This document shows, one piece after another, positions 9,839-20,785 of a DNA stretch of 64,000 bases; within the stretch, counting starts at the first letter, position 1, and every line of letters starts with the position of its first letter. The notes under the pieces are model-generated. The model did not search any database. It had not been told where the DNA came from and saw only the letters and a list, made by a program, of their open reading frames with translations. Both the position numbers and the translations under genes were made by a program. The stretch is from Bacteroidota bacterium (GTDB taxonomy: Bacteria; Bacteroidota; Bacteroidia; Flavobacteriales; BACL11): the NCBI GenBank assembly GCA_036337275.1, contig JAYZEM010000001.1, positions 14,634-78,633 on the forward strand, given 5' to 3'.

Positions 9839-12826
9839 TTAGCTCAGCTTTTCCAAAATTTCGATTGCTGATTTTGCAATAATACTTCCAGGTCCAAAAA
9901 TTCCACACACACCTGCTTTATACAAAAAATCATGGTCTTGCTTTGGAATAACGCCACCAGCAACTACCAATATATCTTCTCTTTTTAATGTTTTCAAAGC
10001 GTTTAACACTTTTGGAACTAAGATTTTATGTCCGGCTGCAAGTGATGAAATACCTAATACATGTACATCATTCTCAATAGCTTGTTTGGCTACTTCCTCA
10101 GGAGTCTGAAAAAGTGGACTGATATCAACATCAAAACCCAAATCCGAAAATGAAGTAGCTACTACTTTTGCTCCCCTATCGTGCCCATCTTGCCCCATTT
10201 TAGCCACCATAATTCTTGGTCTTCTTCCTTTTTCTTTTGCAAATTTATCGGCCAACTCTTTTGCTTTTTTAAAATGTATATTATCCTTTGTTTCCATTTT
10301 ATAAACGCCTGTTATTAATTGGTTATCTGCCTTGTACCTTCCAAACACTTTTTCTAAAGCTGATGAGATTTCGCCTAAAGTGGCTCTTCTGCTCGCTGCT
10401 TCAACTGCCAAACTTAACAAATTTTCAGATTCATCATTACAGGCATTGGATAAGGCAGTCAGGGATTCATGCAACTTCTGCTCATTTCGTTCTGCTTTTA
10501 ACTTATTTAACCTGTCTATCTGTATTTTCTTAACTTTAGCATTATCAACTTCTAAAATTTTGATTTCTTCTTCCTTATCTTTGTTCTTAAATGAATTTAC
10601 GCCAACAATAATATCCTTTCCGCTATCAATTCTAGCTTGTTTTCTTGCTGCAGATTGCTCAATTCTCATCTTAGGAAGTCCACTTTCAATTGCTTTTGTC
10701 ATTCCTCCTAATTCTTCAATTTCTTCTATGTGCTTCCATGCTTTTTCAGAAATTTGAGCCGTTAAATATTCCACATAATAGGATCCTCCCCAAGGATCAA
10801 CAGTGTCGCAAATCCCAATATCTTTTTGCAAATAAATTTGGGTATCTCTTGCAATTTTTGCAGAAAAATCGGTAGGTAAGGCAATGGCCTCATCTAAGGA
10901 ATTGGTATGCAAACTTTGTGTACCACCCATCACTGCAGCCATAGCTTCTATAGTTGTTCTAGTGATATTGTTAAAAGGATCTTGTTCTGTTAAACTCCAA
11001 CCAGAAGTTTGGCAATGGGTTCTAAGTGCCATAGATTTTTGATTCTGAGGATTAAATTCTTTCATGAGTTTTGCCCAAAGCATTCTTGCCGCTCGCATCT
11101 TTGCAATTTCCATAAAATGATTCATTCCAATGCCCCAAAAAAATGAAAGTCTAGGAGCAAAATCATCAATATTCAATCCTGATGCAATGCCAGTTCTTAC
11201 ATATTCTAAGCCATCTGCTAAAGTGTAAGCCAACTCTATATCTGCAGTAGCACCCGCTTCTTGCATATGATAGCCAGAAATACTGATACTATTAAATTTC
11301 GGCATATTTGCTGAAGTGAATTTGAAAATATCTGAAATAATACGCATGGAATCGTTTGGAGGATAGATGTAAGTATTTCGCACCATGAATTCTTTCAAAA
11401 TATCATTCTGAATGGTGCCAGTAAGTTTTTCCAATTTAACTCCTTGTTCTTTTGCTGCAACAATATAAAAGGCTAAAATGGGCAGAACTGCTCCATTCAT
11501 TGTCATAGAAACCGATATTTTATCCAATGGGATTTCATCAAACAATATTTTCATATCTAAAACAGAATCAATAGCTACTCCAGCCATTCCTACATCTCCT
11601 TCAACTCTAGGGTTATCGGAATCATATCCCCTGTGTGTTGCTAAATCAAAAGCAACAGAAAGCCCTTTTTGTCCAGCTTTCAAATTCCTTTTGTAAAAAG
11701 CATTTGATTCTTCAGCAGTAGAAAAGCCGGCATATTGCCGAATGGTCCAAGGTCTGCTTACATACATGGTAGAGTATGGGCCCCTTAAAAATGGAGGGAT
11801 TCCAGCAACAAAATTATTATGCTTATGCTCTTTCTTATTGAAAATTTTTGGCACTTCAATTTGTTCTTGAGAAAGCCAATTCTTATTGTTTGCTGAATCT
11901 TTTTGATTTTGTACTATACCAAATTCTTTTAGAATTTCAGCAGTTAGATGCTCAATAAAATAAGCGCCAGCAGTAGGGTCTTGCACTTTATCCAGATAAC
12001 TTTCTACTCTTAAGATATAATGCTGATTTCTTACCAGTCTTTGTGAGAAATCTGTTGATATTTCAAAAAAATTGTAATCTGGAATTAAAATAGAATCCGC
12101 ACCACCAAAAACAGATGACATTAAAGCAGTAGTACTACAAATCAAATTATTATAGGCATTTTCCTTTTGCCAATTGCAAGTACCTATTTCAGTAAAAATA
12201 AAAGCGGGTTTTCCTGTTTTTTGTTGCCACAGAATTCTAAAAGCCCTGAGTTTTGCAATTTCTTGGAAATATTGCTCATTTATAGAAAAACAAAATTGCA
12301 GGTTTCCTTTTCTACTATTTCCTTTCTTAAATGCATCTTTTATCTGTTGTGTGGCTGTTTCTCCTTCCGCAATAATTGTTGAGCAATAAGTAGAATGCCT
12401 AAAATCATCCTCACCATGAAAAGCGCCATAGACTCTTTTATCTCCAATATAATCTATCCACTCTCTAACAAATGTGGTGGAGTAGTTCTTAAAATCAATA
12501 CGAATATTTTCAATTGCAATATTCTTAAGTAGGAGTTTTAAATTATTCGGATTTGAAAAACACAATGCACTTACTTCATTTTCAAGCGCTAATATTGCTT
12601 GACGGTTTGCTTTTACAGCATCTGTTGCGTCAATCAATTGACATGTATGCCAATTGTTTTCTTTTAAGATTGCTGAATTTTGTAAGGTGTTATCAGCATG
12701 ATAAAATGGAAGTATACCTTTTTTATTAATTAATGTGTTAAAAGATCTTCCTTTTAAATCATTAATAATTTCTGCTTTCCACTGATTTGCAGAAGAGGCC
12801 TTAAACTCATTAAAAAGATCAGTCAT
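9839..12826 (-). CDS. mutB: methylmalonyl-CoA mutase, fused small-subunit-like N-domain + catalytic large subunit + B12-binding domain
   Basis: Core [60 protein letters not shown]-terminal cobalamin domain [24 protein letters not shown]. About 320 N-terminal residues resemble a MutA-type subunit. Start chosen at MTDLFNEF (12826) rather than 12862. Confidence 0.9.
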   Translation of the reverse strand: MTDLFNEFKASSANQWKAEIINDLKGRSFNTLINKKGILPFYHADNTLQNSAILKENNWHTCQLIDATDAVKANRQAILALENEVSALCFSNPNNLKLLLKNIAIENIRIDFKNYSTTFVREWIDYIGDKRVYGAFHGEDDFRHSTYCSTIIAEGETATQQIKDAFKKGNSRKGNLQFCFSINEQYFQEIAKLRAFRILWQQKTGKPAFIFTEIGTCNWQKENAYNNLICSTTALMSSVFGGADSILIPDYNFFEISTDFSQRLVRNQHYILRVESYLDKVQDPTAGAYFIEHLTAEILKEFGIVQNQKDSANNKNWLSQEQIEVPKIFNKKEHKHNNFVAGIPPFLRGPYSTMYVSRPWTIRQYAGFSTAEESNAFYKRNLKAGQKGLSVAFDLATHRGYDSDNPRVEGDVGMAGVAIDSVLDMKILFDEIPLDKISVSMTMNGAVLPILAFYIVAAKEQGVKLEKLTGTIQNDILKEFMVRNTYIYPPNDSMRIISDIFKFTSANMPKFNSISISGYHMQEAGATADIELAYTLADGLEYVRTGIASGLNIDDFAPRLSFFWGIGMNHFMEIAKMRAARMLWAKLMKEFNPQNQKSMALRTHCQTSGWSLTEQDPFNNITRTTIEAMAAVMGGTQSLHTNSLDEAIALPTDFSAKIARDTQIYLQKDIGICDTVDPWGGSYYVEYLTAQISEKAWKHIEEIEELGGMTKAIESGLPKMRIEQSAARKQARIDSGKDIIVGVNSFKNKDKEEEIKILEVDNAKVKKIQIDRLNKLKAERNEQKLHESLTALSNACNDESENLLSLAVEAASRRATLGEISSALEKVFGRYKADNQLITGVYKMETKDNIHFKKAKELADKFAKEKGRRPRIMVAKMGQDGHDRGAKVVATSFSDLGFDVDISPLFQTPEEVAKQAIENDVHVLGISSLAAGHKILVPKVLNALKTLKREDILVVAGGVIPKQDHDFLYKAGVCGIFGPGSIIAKSAIEILEKLS

Positions 12827-13139
12827 TTTCCTTTTTTTCTCTGATGATAAACAAATCTTCATTTTCTTTCTTCATTAAAAAGCGTTCCCTTGCAAATCGC
12901 TCTTGATCCTGAGCATTATTGTTTAAATGATAAATAATGGTGCTGTCTTTCGCAATTTCAGATTTGTAAAATTCTTCTTGCTTCTTCAATTGGTTTAATT
13001 CTTGATTCATTTTTATTTGTGTTAGGATATCAAAAGTATCAATGAAAAATATCCATATCAAAAAAATAACAAAAGTGATGAGGTACTTGTTTTTTAAAGG
13101 CGCAGGGAGTTTTTGATATAAATCTTTTATTTTCTTCAC
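12819..13139 (-). CDS. septum formation initiator (FtsB/DivIC-like) family protein
   Basis: 106 aa, GTG start, one TM helix ([15 protein letters not shown]), then a coiled coil and [20 protein letters not shown], typical of the family. Confidence 0.7.
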   Translation of the reverse strand: MKKIKDLYQKLPAPLKNKYLITFVIFLIWIFFIDTFDILTQIKMNQELNQLKKQEEFYKSEIAKDSTIIYHLNNNAQDQERFARERFLMKKENEDLFIIREKKEND

Positions 13140-13144
13140 AAGAG

Positions 13145-13152
13145 CAAAACTA
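13145..13152 (-). promoter_or_regulatory. -7 promoter box TAGTTTTG upstream of the FtsB-like/mutase operon
   Basis: Exact TAnnTTTG, 5 nt upstream of GTG 13139 and immediately after the pruA terminator. Confidence 0.4.
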
Positions 13153-13154
13153 AA

Positions 13155-13181
13155 TAAAAAAAGTCCATGAAGAATGGACTT
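13155..13181 (-). terminator. rho-independent terminator after pruA
   Basis: On the - strand: AGTCCAT-tcttc-ATGGACT (7-bp stem, 5-nt loop) followed by TTTTTTT. Lies 18 nt after the pruA stop. Confidence 0.7.
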
Positions 13182-13198
13182 TCTTTATTGTTAAAAAA

Positions 13199-14824
13199 TT
13201 AACCTAAGAAAGGATACTTATAATCTTTTGGAGGTACAAATGTTTCCTTTATTGTTCTTGGAGAAACCCATCTCAAAAGATTTAAGATTGAGCCAGCTTT
13301 GTCATTTGTTCCAGATCCTCTAGCGCCCCCAAATGGTTGTTGTCCTACAACAGCTCCAGTTGGTTTATCATTTATGTAAAAATTACCTGCTGCGTTTTCC
13401 AATGCTTTTGTAGCATATTCAGTTGCATACCTATCTACCGATAAAATAGCTCCTGTAAGCGCATATTCTGAGGTGTTATCTACTAATTCAAGTGTTTCTT
13501 CCCACTTATCAGCATCATATATATAAATGGTAATTACTGGTCCAAAGATCTCTTCTACCATAGTTTTGAACTTTGGGTCTGTTGTAACAATAATGGTTGG
13601 CTCAATAAAATAACCTACCGATTTATCATAATTCCCTCCAGCGATAATTTCAGCATCATCTGCTGCTTTTGCATAATCGATATAAGATGAGATGCTGTCG
13701 AATGCTTTTTCAGAAATCACTGCATTGATGAAGTTTGATGTGTCCTCAGGAGAACCCATTTTGAAACTTTTACAATCAGCAACAATTTGAGTTTTTACAT
13801 CTTTCCATAAATTAGAAGGAACATAAGCTCTGGATGCAGCTGAGCATTTTTGCCCTTGATACTCAAAGGCACCTCTTGAAATAGCTGTAGCAACTTCAGC
13901 AGTTACTGCTGATTTATGGGCAATTATGAAATCTTTTCCTCCTGTTTCACCAACTATTCTTGGATATGATTTGTATTTTTCAATATTGTTTCCTATACCT
14001 TTCCAAAGTGTGCGAAATACCTCAGTACTTCCGGTAAAGTGCAATCCTGCAAAATCTTTATCTTCAAATACTACTTTTGAGATTTCTTTCCCGCTAACTG
14101 TAACCATATTGATTACACCATCAGGTAGCCCTGCAGCTTGGAAGAGTTCCATAATCACTTGTGCAGAATAAATTTGTGTTTCTGCTGGCTTCCAAACAAC
14201 TACATTACCAAGCATTGCTGGTGCAGCACAAAGATTAGCACAAATTGAAGTAAAATTAAATGGAGTAAGCGCAAATACAAATCCTTCCAAAGGCCTGTGC
14301 TCTAATCTATTCCACATTCCTGCTTGCGACTCTGGTTGTTCCTTGTACAATTGACTCATGTATTGTACATTGAATTTAAAGAAGTCTATCAACTCGCAAG
14401 ACGCATCAATTTCTGCCTGAAACATATTTTTACTTTGAGCTAGCATAGTTGACGCATTCATTTTTGCACGGAATGGTCCAGCTAATAAGTCTGCTGCTTT
14501 TAAAAAGATAGAAGCTCTATGTTCCCAACTCATGTTAGCCCACTTTTTTCTTGCATTCATAGCTGCATAAATAGCTTCACGCACTTCTTTTTCACCTCCA
14601 TAATTGGAATTTCCAATTATATGCCTATGCTCATGTGGTGGAGTTAAATTTCTTTTATCATTTGTAAAAACTAGTTTATCGCCAATATACATTGGTACAT
14701 CAACAGTAGTATTGTACATTCTTTTGTATTCTGCTAACAATTCAGCACGCTCAGGGCTTCCTGGAGTATATCCTTTTACTGGCTCGTTTACCGCAATGGG
14801 TACATTGTAAAATCCGTTTGACAT
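13199..14824 (-). CDS. pruA: L-glutamate gamma-semialdehyde (1-pyrroline-5-carboxylate) dehydrogenase
   Basis: 541 aa aldehyde dehydrogenase fold. Motifs VGETGGKDF, GQKCSAASR and QQPFGGARGSGTNDKAGS are characteristic of P5C dehydrogenase. Confidence 0.9.
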   Translation of the reverse strand: MSNGFYNVPIAVNEPVKGYTPGSPERAELLAEYKRMYNTTVDVPMYIGDKLVFTNDKRNLTPPHEHRHIIGNSNYGGEKEVREAIYAAMNARKKWANMSWEHRASIFLKAADLLAGPFRAKMNASTMLAQSKNMFQAEIDASCELIDFFKFNVQYMSQLYKEQPESQAGMWNRLEHRPLEGFVFALTPFNFTSICANLCAAPAMLGNVVVWKPAETQIYSAQVIMELFQAAGLPDGVINMVTVSGKEISKVVFEDKDFAGLHFTGSTEVFRTLWKGIGNNIEKYKSYPRIVGETGGKDFIIAHKSAVTAEVATAISRGAFEYQGQKCSAASRAYVPSNLWKDVKTQIVADCKSFKMGSPEDTSNFINAVISEKAFDSISSYIDYAKAADDAEIIAGGNYDKSVGYFIEPTIIVTTDPKFKTMVEEIFGPVITIYIYDADKWEETLELVDNTSEYALTGAILSVDRYATEYATKALENAAGNFYINDKPTGAVVGQQPFGGARGSGTNDKAGSILNLLRWVSPRTIKETFVPPKDYKYPFLG

Positions 14825-14846
14825 TTTATTGTTTTTAAAATCTGGG

Positions 14847-14854
14847 CAAATTTA
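14847..14854 (-). promoter_or_regulatory. -7 promoter box TAAATTTG upstream of pruA
   Basis: Exact TAnnTTTG, 22 nt upstream of ATG 14824. Confidence 0.45.
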
Positions 14855-14990
14855 AGATTATTATTAAAAGTAATTTATAATGTGGGTATATTACTTTCTT
14901 AAGATGAGAAATTTCATTTTGGAAATAAAACCAGATTAGAATAATTAAAAGCAAAATCTTTTCTTAAATTTACGCAAAATTTCAAAAAAG

Positions 14991-17804
14991 ATGAAAGAAA
15001 AACTATTAGCTGTGTTATTTTTATTTCCATTTTTTGCTTTTGCCCAAAGCGGTTGGAATATGAATCTTTTAGGTTCTTTTAGTTATCCATCAACCAATTG
15101 TTCCGATATTTGGGGTTGGGAAGATTCCACCGGAAATGAGTATGCACTTGTAGGGTTGAAAGATGGCTTTTCTTGTGTAAATGTCAGTAATCCTGCAACT
15201 GCTTATGAGGAGTTCTTTGTCTCAGATATAAGTTCTACTTGGAGAGATATAAAATCATGGGGAAATTATGCTTACATCACCACTGAGGCCAATGCAGGTC
15301 TGCTCATTGTTGATTTATCAGACATGAGTGGAAATACTTATTGGCATGTCACTCAATTTAATAATCCTACAACAGGGGTAAGTATTAACTTTACCTCTGC
15401 CCATAATATTTACATAGATGAAAACGGCATTGCCTATATTTTTGGTGCAAGAAATAATGGCAGTCCTGTTGTAAATAGAGGGGCAATTTTCTTAGATGTA
15501 AATGCAAACCCTACAAATCCAGTCTATTTGGGTGACTGGGATAATTATTATATTCATGATGGAATGGCGAGAGGTGATACAATGTATGTGGGTTGTATTT
15601 ATGAGGGTAAAATGTATGTGGTAGATGTAAGCGATAAAAGCAATCCGCAAACTATAGGAAGTATAACTACACCAAATGCATTTACACATAACGCTTGGGT
15701 TTCTGATGATGGTAATTTTGTTTTCACTACTGATGAGCAATCAGACGCTTATTTAGCCGCTTATAATATTTCGGATGTAACCAACATTCAGGAAGTTGAT
15801 AGAATTCAATCTAATCCTGGCTCTAATTCCATTCCGCACAATACACATGTAGATGGGAATTTTTTAATTACATCATATTATAGAGATGGCACAACAGTGC
15901 ATGATATAACGCACCCAAATCATATGATTCAGGTAGCTTATTACGATTCTTATGCAGGAAGCGGTAATGGTTTTAATGGTTGTTGGGGCACCTATCCTTT
16001 TCTTTCATCTGGAAACATTATTTCATCTGATAGAGATAGTGAAAATGGAAAAGGAATTTTAAATATTTATGGTAGAACTTTTCAGCAAGCTTGCTATTTA
16101 AGTGGAAATGTAATTGATGGTACAAATGGAAATAATATTGGCTCAACTGACATCACCATTTTAAGCACTACAACTACCGTACAAACCAACATAATTGGCA
16201 ATTACCAAACTGCTTTAGTAGATTCTGGGAGTTACCTAGTTGTTTTTTCAAAAAGTGGCTATATTTCTGATACACTTCAAGTAACACTTACCAATGGCGT
16301 GATGACTATTTTGGATGCCATTTTGTATCCACCTTGTTTTATGAACATATCTATTAGCACTACTGATGTAAGTTGTAATGGTGGAAGTGATGGCTCGGCA
16401 AACGTGCAAGTAATTGGAGGGCAGCCACCATATATTGTAGATTGGGCAGGAACTAATCCTAATGCACTTTTTGCAGGCACTTATCCCATTACAATAAGTA
16501 ATAATAATTGCACCACATATGATACTATTATAATTTCCCAGCCTAATGCCATCAACTTAAGTTTAATGGTTACTAATGTACTTTGTCATAGCGATTGTGA
16601 TGGAAGTGTTTTTACCAATATTAGTGGTGGTGTACAACCTTATGTGCTAAGTTGGTTCAATAATGGTAATCTGATTTCAAATGGGCAGTCTATCAATAAC
16701 CTATGTAGTGGAGATTATAATCTATCCTTAATTGATAACAATAATTGTTTGACAAACACTTTGGTTAGTATTATCGATCCTCCGGTACTATCGACTACTG
16801 TTTCAGCTGACACCATACTTTGTAATGGAGGAACGAGTATTGCTACTGTCTATACTTATGGAGGAGTTGCGCCTTATTATTACAATTGGAGCAACAATGC
16901 AACAACTCAAAGCACTTCACTTGCAACTGGTTTGTTTTTTGTTGATGTTACCGACAGCAATGGTTGTAATATAATAGATAGTATTTTGGTTATAGAGCAT
17001 GACTCAATGGTACTAAATTTCGCTAGCACAGATATTTCTTGTAATGGAAACACTGATGGCACAATTATTTTGAATGTAATTTCTGGAGGGCAGATTCCTT
17101 TTCAGTATTCTGTAGATAATGGCGCGACTTTTCAAAATAATAATCATTTTGCTAGCCTTTCTGCTGGAAACTATAATGTAGTAATAATGGATGGTAATAA
17201 TTGTTTAGCTAATGTTTTTGTGAATTTAATAGAGCCTCAACCGTTAAGTGCAGTAAGTAGTATTACGGATGTAAGTTGCTATGGATATTGTGATGGAAGC
17301 ATTTCACTTTCTATAAGTGGAGGAACACCTATCTATTCTCAAGACTGGAATGGGGCTAACCCCAACTCCCTTTGTGCTGGTACTTTTAATTGCTCCATTA
17401 CGGATGCTAATGGTTGTTTGCTTATACTTTCCAATTCGGTAATTGAACCTACCTCACTTAATGCTCAAATTTTGCAAAATGCCAATGATCTGGATGCTTT
17501 AGTTAGTGGAGGCACTCCTAGCTATACTTATTTGTGGAGTACAGGGGAAATTTCTGCTTCAATTACGCCAAATACAAATGGCATTTTTTGGTTAATTGTT
17601 ACTGACAACAATTATTGTAATTCTGATACAGTTTCCATTATCTTTGACAATATTCCACTTACTATTTTGGAAAATACATTAAGTAAAAAACTCATAAAAA
17701 TTACAGATATTTTAGGTAGAACTACATTTCCTGATAAGCAAAAGCAAACGCTTTTTTATCTCTTTGATGATGGTACGGTAGAGCAGAAGAATATCATAGA
17801 TTAG
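14991..17804 (+). CDS. secreted LVIVD-repeat/choice-of-anchor-B-like beta-propeller protein with SprB-type Cys repeats and T9SS type A C-terminal domain
   Basis: Signal peptide. N-terminal DIWGWEDSTGNEYALVG...WRDIKSWGNYAYITTE...LLIVDLSD. At least five modules of type VSCNGGSDGSA / CHSDCDGSV / CNGNTDGTI / CYGYCDGSI. C-terminal KLIKITDILGRTT...LFYLFDDGTVEQKNIID. Confidence 0.8.
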   Translation: MKEKLLAVLFLFPFFAFAQSGWNMNLLGSFSYPSTNCSDIWGWEDSTGNEYALVGLKDGFSCVNVSNPATAYEEFFVSDISSTWRDIKSWGNYAYITTEANAGLLIVDLSDMSGNTYWHVTQFNNPTTGVSINFTSAHNIYIDENGIAYIFGARNNGSPVVNRGAIFLDVNANPTNPVYLGDWDNYYIHDGMARGDTMYVGCIYEGKMYVVDVSDKSNPQTIGSITTPNAFTHNAWVSDDGNFVFTTDEQSDAYLAAYNISDVTNIQEVDRIQSNPGSNSIPHNTHVDGNFLITSYYRDGTTVHDITHPNHMIQVAYYDSYAGSGNGFNGCWGTYPFLSSGNIISSDRDSENGKGILNIYGRTFQQACYLSGNVIDGTNGNNIGSTDITILSTTTTVQTNIIGNYQTALVDSGSYLVVFSKSGYISDTLQVTLTNGVMTILDAILYPPCFMNISISTTDVSCNGGSDGSANVQVIGGQPPYIVDWAGTNPNALFAGTYPITISNNNCTTYDTIIISQPNAINLSLMVTNVLCHSDCDGSVFTNISGGVQPYVLSWFNNGNLISNGQSINNLCSGDYNLSLIDNNNCLTNTLVSIIDPPVLSTTVSADTILCNGGTSIATVYTYGGVAPYYYNWSNNATTQSTSLATGLFFVDVTDSNGCNIIDSILVIEHDSMVLNFASTDISCNGNTDGTIILNVISGGQIPFQYSVDNGATFQNNNHFASLSAGNYNVVIMDGNNCLANVFVNLIEPQPLSAVSSITDVSCYGYCDGSISLSISGGTPIYSQDWNGANPNSLCAGTFNCSITDANGCLLILSNSVIEPTSLNAQILQNANDLDALVSGGTPSYTYLWSTGEISASITPNTNGIFWLIVTDNNYCNSDTVSIIFDNIPLTILENTLSKKLIKITDILGRTTFPDKQKQTLFYLFDDGTVEQKNIID

Positions 17805-17812
17805 GTAAAGTA

Positions 17813-20236
17813 CTATCTAACATCAGCCCCCACTTTTTCTTTAAAAGATTTCATCAGTTTTTGCATAACCTTATCTACATCTTTATCAGTTAGAGTCTTA
17901 GTTTCATCTGCCATGGTGAATGATAATGCATAAGACTTTTTGCCTTTAGCTAGTTTTTCCCCTTCATACACATCAAACAAATTAACTGATTTTAAAATCT
18001 TATTATCAACCTGTTTTGCAATCTTCTCTAATACTTCAAAGGAAACTGACTGATCAATCAATAAAGATAAATCTCTCCTTACTGCTGGAAACTTTGACAC
18101 TTCATTGTATTGTGTTTTTGTAAGTGCTGAAAGTTCTAAAAGCAAGTCCCAATTGAAATCAGCAGCATACACCTGAGATTTAACATCAAATGCCTTGCAC
18201 AATTTTTTGTCTAATTTACCAAAACAAACCAATCTTTTCTTTTTGAACTTATACATAAGTCCTTCTGAAAATCCATGAGAAGATATTGCTGCTGATTTTA
18301 ATTTTTGAACACCTAATCGTTTTAGAATATGTTCTACTTTTTCTTTTATAAAGTAAAAACCGACCTTGTGATGTTTGTTGTTCCAGTTTTCAGCTGACAT
18401 TCTTCCGCTAACTAATAATTGTAAATGCTGATTTTCAACATATCCCTCTGCAGTTTTATGATAGCTTTTGCCAAACTCATAGAATTTAACATCAAGATGC
18501 TTTCTGTTTTGATTGTAAGCTATATTATCCAATCCACCAAATAATAGTGATTGGCGCATTACATTCAGGTCTTGTGATAAAGGATTCAGGATCTCCACAT
18601 TATGACTTTTATCTAAATCAGTAATAAGAGCCGTATAATCACTTTTGGTTAAGGAACTATTCATAGCTTCAAGAAAACCATTGTTAGCTAATAAGTCGGT
18701 AATTCTATTTCTGATTTCTTCTGAATTTACTCCTTCAGAGAATGCAATTGAAGTATTTAGATTTGATGATATCCCAACTGTATTGAAACCATAAATTCTC
18801 AAGATCTCTTCAATCACATCTACTTCCCTCTGCACGTCAGATCGAAAAGCAGGTACAAGCAGAATCAAGCCATCATCAGAAGTATTTACAATCTCAATTT
18901 CTAAATTTTTAAGAATGGACTTTACTTTTACTCTATCAATCTCCTCTCCTATTAAAGCATCCATTCTTTTGTAGCTTAGTTCAACAGTAAAACCTTCTAC
19001 TTTTTTTGGATAAACATCTATAATCTCAGAAGCAATCTCTCCTCCACAAATTTCTTTAATTAGGAGTGCAGCTCTTTTTAAAGCGTAAACTGTCATATTT
19101 GGATCACAACCTCTCTCAAAACGGAAAGAAGCATCTGTGCTTAATGCATGTCTTTTTGCTGATTTACGGACACTTACAGGATTAAAATATGCTGATTCTA
19201 AAAAGATGCCAGTAGTGGTTGTTGTAACTGATGAATCAGTGCCACCAAACACCCCTGCTATACACATTGGCTTACTAGGACTACTAATCATCAAGTCTTC
19301 TTTCGATAGTTCTCTTTCAACATCATCCAAAGTTGTAAACTTAGTTTTGTTTTTTGCTGTAGCAACTATTACTTTATCGCCATCAATTTTATCAATATCA
19401 AAAGCATGTAAGGGTTGTCCTGTCTCATGCAAAACATAATTAGTAATATCAACTACATTATTAATAGGTACTAATCCTATGGCTTTAAGTTTGTTTTGTA
19501 ACCATTCTGGGGAATCGGAAATTTTAACTCCACTAATACTTAAACCTGAATATCTAGGGCAAAGCGTGTTATCTTTTATTTCAACAGCAATAGATCTACT
19601 TGTATTATCAACATTAAACTTTTCAACTGAAGGTCTACACATTTTTAGTTTATTCCCTTGATGATTAAGTACCGTGAGTAAATCACGTGCTACACCAATA
19701 TGGCTCATTGCATCTGATCTGTTTGGTGTAAGTCCTATCTCAAATACTGTATCAGATGTTAAATTGAAATATTCACTTGCAGCAGTACCCACTTTTGTAT
19801 TTTTATCAAGCACCATTATACCGTCAGTAGCATCTCCAAGGCCTAATTCATCTTCTCCACATATCATCCCTTCAGATACCTCTCCTCTAATCTTACTTTT
19901 CTTGATTTTGAATTTCTCGTCTCCACAATAAAGCCATGTGCCTACAGTAGCAACAGTAACCTTTTGTCCTGCAGTAACATTGGGGGCTCCACAAACAATT
20001 TGTAAAGGATTATCAGTACCAATATTTACAGTGGTTAAACTTAATCTATCCGAATTGGGATGCTGGATCTTTGTAAGTACCTCTCCAATTACAACACCTT
20101 TCAATCCTCCTTTTATTCTTTCAAATTCTTCAATCCCTTCTACTTCTAACCCAGTATCAGTTAAAAGTTGAGCAACTTCCTCGGCAGGAAGTTCTAAATG
20201 TAAATAATTTTGAAGCCAACTATATGATATTTTCAT
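17813..20236 (-). CDS. pheT: phenylalanine--tRNA ligase beta subunit
   Basis: 807 aa. N-terminal MKISYSWLQNYL, tRNA-binding domain, B3/4 and B5 regions, and C-terminal anticodon-binding FDVYEGEKL...KSYALSF. Confidence 0.95.
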   Translation of the reverse strand: MKISYSWLQNYLHLELPAEEVAQLLTDTGLEVEGIEEFERIKGGLKGVVIGEVLTKIQHPNSDRLSLTTVNIGTDNPLQIVCGAPNVTAGQKVTVATVGTWLYCGDEKFKIKKSKIRGEVSEGMICGEDELGLGDATDGIMVLDKNTKVGTAASEYFNLTSDTVFEIGLTPNRSDAMSHIGVARDLLTVLNHQGNKLKMCRPSVEKFNVDNTSRSIAVEIKDNTLCPRYSGLSISGVKISDSPEWLQNKLKAIGLVPINNVVDITNYVLHETGQPLHAFDIDKIDGDKVIVATAKNKTKFTTLDDVERELSKEDLMISSPSKPMCIAGVFGGTDSSVTTTTTGIFLESAYFNPVSVRKSAKRHALSTDASFRFERGCDPNMTVYALKRAALLIKEICGGEIASEIIDVYPKKVEGFTVELSYKRMDALIGEEIDRVKVKSILKNLEIEIVNTSDDGLILLVPAFRSDVQREVDVIEEILRIYGFNTVGISSNLNTSIAFSEGVNSEEIRNRITDLLANNGFLEAMNSSLTKSDYTALITDLDKSHNVEILNPLSQDLNVMRQSLLFGGLDNIAYNQNRKHLDVKFYEFGKSYHKTAEGYVENQHLQLLVSGRMSAENWNNKHHKVGFYFIKEKVEHILKRLGVQKLKSAAISSHGFSEGLMYKFKKKRLVCFGKLDKKLCKAFDVKSQVYAADFNWDLLLELSALTKTQYNEVSKFPAVRRDLSLLIDQSVSFEVLEKIAKQVDNKILKSVNLFDVYEGEKLAKGKKSYALSFTMADETKTLTDKDVDKVMQKLMKSFKEKVGADVR

Positions 20237-20255
20237 TTGAATAGACTAATGAAGA

Positions 20256-20263
20256 CAAAAATA
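20256..20263 (-). promoter_or_regulatory. -7 promoter box TATTTTTG upstream of pheT
   Basis: Exact TAnnTTTG, 19 nt upstream of ATG 20236. Confidence 0.45.
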
Positions 20264-20293
20264 GAAATTTGAAGCAAAGGAGATTAATTTTAT

Positions 20294-20782
20294 TTAAAAC
20301 TTTCTTAACTGCTCTGAGTTAAACATAAAAGGCAGTAAATCTTCTACTGAATTTGCAATAAGCACCTGATCATTTGGGGAATGTAAAAGTATCCTAATTT
20401 TTTCCTTTTGTTTTTGCTGATATTCAGCCATCACTTGCCTACATGCGCCACAAGGACTTACAACATCTGTAATTTCAAAAGCCTTTGATTTTGCAGAGAT
20501 TGCGATTGTTTTCACTTTCACATCTGGATAATTAGCGCTAGCATAATAGAGCGCTACCCTTTCGGCACAAAGAGCAGAAGGATAAGCTACATTCTCCTGA
20601 TTATTCCCACTTATAATCTCTCCATCTTCAAGTAAAATAGCTGCTCCAACCAAAAAGCCTGAATAAGGTGCATAAGCATTTGAATATGCTCTTTTCGCTT
20701 TATTGACAAGTTGCTGCTCAATTTTATCAAGTTCATCAAAATCAGCCTTTATATAAGTTAAGTTTATTTTTTCTTCTCTCAT
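20294..20782 (-). CDS. cdd: cytidine deaminase
   Basis: 162 aa. Zinc motifs CAERVAL and SPCGACRQVMAE. Confidence 0.9.
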   Translation of the reverse strand: MREEKINLTYIKADFDELDKIEQQLVNKAKRAYSNAYAPYSGFLVGAAILLEDGEIISGNNQENVAYPSALCAERVALYYASANYPDVKVKTIAISAKSKAFEITDVVSPCGACRQVMAEYQQKQKEKIRILLHSPNDQVLIANSVEDLLPFMFNSEQLRKF

Positions 20783-20785
20783 TTG

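Noticed and set aside
9789-13198. Looked for a cobalamin riboswitch or other structured leader ahead of the B12-dependent mutase
   Set aside because: The mutase start overlaps the preceding gene, and the only upstream gaps are 50-59 nt, occupied by a terminator and a promoter box. There is no room for a riboswitch.
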